In this document: piece after piece, positions 58,654 to 61,650 of the stretch | Layout of the letters: every line of letters starts with the position of its first letter | Numbering within the stretch: position 1 is the stretch's first letter | Assembly: GCA_028716085.1 (NCBI GenBank) | Contig: JAQUQM010000001.1 | Coordinates: 1 to 61,650 of the forward strand | Source of the DNA: Dehalococcoidia bacterium | GTDB lineage: Bacteria; Chloroflexota; Dehalococcoidia; GIF9; UBA5629 | Reading direction: 5' to 3' | DNA length: 61,650 nt | Notes under the pieces: model-generated | What the model was told of the DNA's origin: nothing | What the model saw: the letters and a program-made list of their open reading frames with translations, nothing else | The model's database searches: none | Translations under genes and position numbers: made by a program

Positions 58654-59763
58654 ATGTCTCAGTTGTTAATGACACAGATACCCAGTGAACCTGTTGTTTC
58701 CATTGTAATTGGATTGTCCCTCATCACACTCCTGGTTCTCCTATTGCCGTTCCTGGTAAAGCGAATTGAAGAAAATTTGGAGTTGTTTTTCCTGTCTATG
58801 GGAATTCTTGCTGTTACAATATCCGGTTTATGGAGTTGGGAGCTTGTTATGGAAGCACTCAAAGCACCGGTTATGATAGGCGTGATACCTATAGGTATCT
58901 TTCAGGTTGTCCTTGTTTTCGGTTTGATAATTCATTTCTATCATGAAGCTTTTTGCTTGGGCATCATAAAAATTGCCTCTAGAATGGGCTCGTATATATT
59001 CATATCAATCCTTATTTTGGTTACAGGATTATTATCGAGTGTAATTTCGGTAATCGTTACGGCTGTACTTCTATCTGAGGTTATATCCGCATTGCCACTG
59101 GAAAAGATGGCGAGGGTAAAACTTGCAGTAGTGTCCTGTTTTGCTGTTGGGCTGGGTGCTTGCCTAACTCCGATAGGTGAGCCGCTGTCAACAATATTGG
59201 TAGCTAAATTATCGGGGCCTCCTTATTATGCCGATTTCCTTTTCCCACTGAGAGTATTCGGTATTTATATTATCCCGGGTGTACTGTTGATGGCCGTCTT
59301 TGGAGCATTTTTTATTGGGAAGAACATCAAATTGAAAATCCTGAAACATAAGATTGAGTATACGGAGACAATTAAGACGGTAATTGTCAGGTCGATAAGG
59401 GTCTTCTTCTTTGTTGCGGCACTGATTCTTCTCGGAGAGGGTTTAAAGCCGCTTGTCATCTGGTATTTTGTTCATATTCCAGCTTCTGCCCTGTATTGGA
59501 TTAACATATTGTCCGCAATACTGGACAATGCTACTTTGACCGCGGTGGAAATAGGACCGACTATGGAGCTGAAACAAATCACCGGAATCATTTTGGGATT
59601 ACTCATTGCAGGGGGCATGCTGATACCCGGCAATATTCCCAACATCGTAGCAGCGGCCAGGCTGAAAATCAGTATGAAAGAATGGGCAATAATAGGAATC
59701 CCACTCGGCCTGGCTATTATGGCAATATATTTTATCGTCATGTTACCCCTTTTTTTCAGCTAA
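58654..59763 (+). CDS. Polytopic membrane protein, DUF1646-like putative cation transporter
   Basis: About 10 TM segments. The family assignment is from general resemblance only. Confidence 0.5.
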   Translation: MSQLLMTQIPSEPVVSIVIGLSLITLLVLLLPFLVKRIEENLELFFLSMGILAVTISGLWSWELVMEALKAPVMIGVIPIGIFQVVLVFGLIIHFYHEAFCLGIIKIASRMGSYIFISILILVTGLLSSVISVIVTAVLLSEVISALPLEKMARVKLAVVSCFAVGLGACLTPIGEPLSTILVAKLSGPPYYADFLFPLRVFGIYIIPGVLLMAVFGAFFIGKNIKLKILKHKIEYTETIKTVIVRSIRVFFFVAALILLGEGLKPLVIWYFVHIPASALYWINILSAILDNATLTAVEIGPTMELKQITGIILGLLIAGGMLIPGNIPNIVAAARLKISMKEWAIIGIPLGLAIMAIYFIVMLPLFFS

Positions 59764-59858
59764 CAGCAGATCAATTTGCTAATTCAAAAATAAAATTGAT
59801 ATACTAAAACACTTGAAACAGGTCCGGAGTATGCAACAACTGGTGGAGTAGCTAATCT

Positions 59859-59930
<72 letters not shown>

Positions 59931-59967
59931 CATCGAACCCAATTAAGAGTATATATGTGTTAGGTTT

Positions 59968-60849
59968 ATGAAACAGGATACTATCGAGATCAGGTGGCAT
60001 GGCCGTGGCGGCCAGGGTGCAGTCACTTCAGCTGAAATGACTGCGCTGGCAGCTGTCCATGAAGATAAATTTGCGCAGGCATTCCCGAGCTTCGGGCCGG
60101 AAAGGCGAGGCGCCCCGGTATTGGCATTTAACAGGATCAGCCCCAGCCATGCTATTCGTAATCGAGCGGGCGTAACCAAACCTGATATTGTTGTTGTGCT
60201 GGATCCCGGGCTGGTGACGCTTATTAACGTAACGGACGGATTGAAACCCGGAGGATCTCTGATCGTTAACAGCACCAAAGCCATTGAAGAGCTCCAGCAG
60301 GAGTTTACGGGTGACTGGAAGCTGGCAGTGGTTGATGCTGCATCAATAGCGCGAAAACTGCTGGGCGTTAATATTGTAAACACAACTATGCTGGGAGCAA
60401 TGATAAAAGCAACTGGCATCGTAAAGCTAGAATCATTCGCCGCGCCACTCGAACACAGGTTCGGCGCCAGGGCTAAAGCCAATTTCAACGCATGCAGCGC
60501 TGCGTTCGATGCTACTGTACTGAGTGAAATAACGACATCCGGTCCCAAAAAGCAGAAGTCCTTTAAGGTTGATAAGGTGCCCGGATGGCGTGATTTGCTC
60601 GTCGGCTGTGCGGTAACAGATATCGGTAATACTAAAAGATTTTGTACGGGTGACTGGAAGTCTCAACATCCTGAATGGGACAACACTAAGTGTATTAAAT
60701 GCGGTATATGCTCTTTGTTCTGTCCGGAAGCGTGCATACATGAACAGGCTGACTGGTATTTCAGAGCAGATCTTTTTTTCTGCAAAGGTTGCGGAATATG
60801 TGCACACGAGTGCTGGACACAGGCTATTAAGATGGTTGAGGAAGCATAG
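59968..60849 (+). CDS. porG: 2-oxoacid (pyruvate):ferredoxin oxidoreductase, fused gamma plus delta (2x[4Fe-4S]) subunit
   Basis: IRWHGRGGQGAVT...FGPERRGAP (gamma subunit), then CIKCGICSLFCPEACI and CKGCGICAHEC (delta ferredoxin). Confidence 0.85.
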   Translation: MKQDTIEIRWHGRGGQGAVTSAEMTALAAVHEDKFAQAFPSFGPERRGAPVLAFNRISPSHAIRNRAGVTKPDIVVVLDPGLVTLINVTDGLKPGGSLIVNSTKAIEELQQEFTGDWKLAVVDAASIARKLLGVNIVNTTMLGAMIKATGIVKLESFAAPLEHRFGARAKANFNACSAAFDATVLSEITTSGPKKQKSFKVDKVPGWRDLLVGCAVTDIGNTKRFCTGDWKSQHPEWDNTKCIKCGICSLFCPEACIHEQADWYFRADLFFCKGCGICAHECWTQAIKMVEEA

Positions 60850-61650
60850 ATGACGCTGAAACGCATTGGTATTGAGTCTTCGCTGGCAATTTCGGAAGCT
60901 GTCAGGCTGGCCAATGTTGATGTTATCGCGGCTTACCCGATTACTCCGCAGACTCATATCGTAGAAAGCCTTGCCGAGATGGTGGCTGAAGGACAACTGG
61001 ATGCAGAATACATACCTGTTGAGTCCGAACATTCAGCCATGAGCGCCTGCCTTGGATCAAGCGCAGCCGGTGCAAGGACTTTTACTGCAACCGCAGGTCA
61101 GGGCTTGATCTTGATGCACGAAGTCTTGCTCGTGGCGGCTTCGCTGCGACTCCCGATTGTCATGGCTGTAGCCAATCGGGCCCTGTCCGGCCCCTTAAAT
61201 ATTTGGGGCGATCATTCTGATGTCATGATCACCAGGGATTCAGGATGGATACAGATTTTTGCTGAAAACGGGCAACAGGCATTCGACCAGATACTGTGCG
61301 CGTTCCGAATTGCCGAACATAAAGATGTGCTTCTTCCTGTCAGCATTAACGTTGACGGATTTCATCTGTCCCATGTAATTGAATCGGTATACTATCTTGA
61401 TCAAAAAACAGTGAATGAATTTTTGCCACCGTACAAACATCCCTACGTTCTTGATCCTGATAAACCTGTCACAATAGGATGCTTTGCAATGCCAAACTTA
61501 TACACCGAATCCAGGAAAGCCCTTGATTCTGCATTACACGAATCTAAGAAAATTATTCTCGATACCTGGCAAAAATACGGTGATATCACCGGCCGCTACT
61601 ATAAGACTGTTGAAAAATACAAAGCTGAAAATGCTGAGACGCTACTGGTA
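60850..61650 (+). CDS. porA: 2-oxoacid (pyruvate):ferredoxin oxidoreductase alpha subunit, 3' end cut by window edge
   Basis: Absent from the ORF track because it has no stop within the window. ATG 60850 lies directly after the TAG of the previous gene. My translation is MTLKRIGIESSLAISEAVRLANVDVIAAYPITPQTHIVE...ESEHSAMSAC...TATAGQGL, typical of PorA/VorA. Confidence 0.88.
   Translation, partial: MTLKRIGIESSLAISEAVRLANVDVIAAYPITPQTHIVESLAEMVAEGQLDAEYIPVESEHSAMSACLGSSAAGARTFTATAGQGLILMHEVLLVAASLRLPIVMAVANRALSGPLNIWGDHSDVMITRDSGWIQIFAENGQQAFDQILCAFRIAEHKDVLLPVSINVDGFHLSHVIESVYYLDQKTVNEFLPPYKHPYVLDPDKPVTIGCFAMPNLYTESRKALDSALHESKKIILDTWQKYGDITGRYYKTVEKYKAENAETLLV

Noticed and set aside
59943-61032. 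Long antisense ORFs (201 aa at 59943..60548 and 199 aa at 60433..61032) opposite the por genes
   Set aside because: They are Ala/Ser/Pro-rich low-complexity translations with no SD, and they are fully shadowed by strongly motif-bearing por genes on the plus strand. This is a typical antisense artefact of GC-richer coding DNA.

Overview
This is a dense, mostly housekeeping stretch of a bacterial chromosome. I call about 60 CDS and 7 tRNA genes. I found no rRNA, CRISPR array, transposase, integrase or recognisable defence island. SD sequences are strong (GGAGG-type), TTG/GTG starts are frequent, and many gene pairs are overlapping or translationally coupled. The gene content includes RNase Y with YmdB, a membrane H+-pyrophosphatase, indolepyruvate and pyruvate ferredoxin oxidoreductases, an HdrD/DsrK-like Fe-S oxidoreductase and lipoprotein-type solute-binding proteins. 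This points to an anaerobic, monoderm-type lineage, possibly Chloroflexota/Dehalococcoidia-like or Firmicute-like, but that is inference only. Recognisable blocks, in order: rny-ymdB-PHP; a membrane Fe-S oxidoreductase; coaE; an orphan BKACE (kce-like) gene; a tRNA cluster; pyrE/lepB; a complete riboflavin operon ribD-ribE-ribBA-ribH; a NEW3 surface protein with an ABC-2 exporter; hppA; a translin/ThiE-like/FmdB operon; alaS-ruvX; a heme O synthase-like gene; tgt; a long minus-strand operon iorA-iorB-aminotransferase-acyl-CoA ligase-livHM-SBP-livF with livG convergent; aspS; tig-clpP; dprA-topA; pepP-efp; a P-type ATPase-USP-DUF1646 group; and the start of a por operon. I see no clear novel multi-gene system. 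Items worth a second look: (1) a double zinc-ribbon membrane protein split by an in-frame TAA; (2) a long, apparently structured leader plus a perfect inverted repeat upstream of the orphan BKACE gene; (3) an Arg-tipped EF-P loop; (4) a tightly overlapped operon of two FmdB zinc ribbons, a degenerate ThiE-like protein and a bacterial translin; (5) three PHP phosphoesterase paralogs, each wired into a different housekeeping operon; (6) a riboflavin operon with no recognisable FMN riboswitch. All family calls come from reading motifs in the supplied translations. No database search was run.
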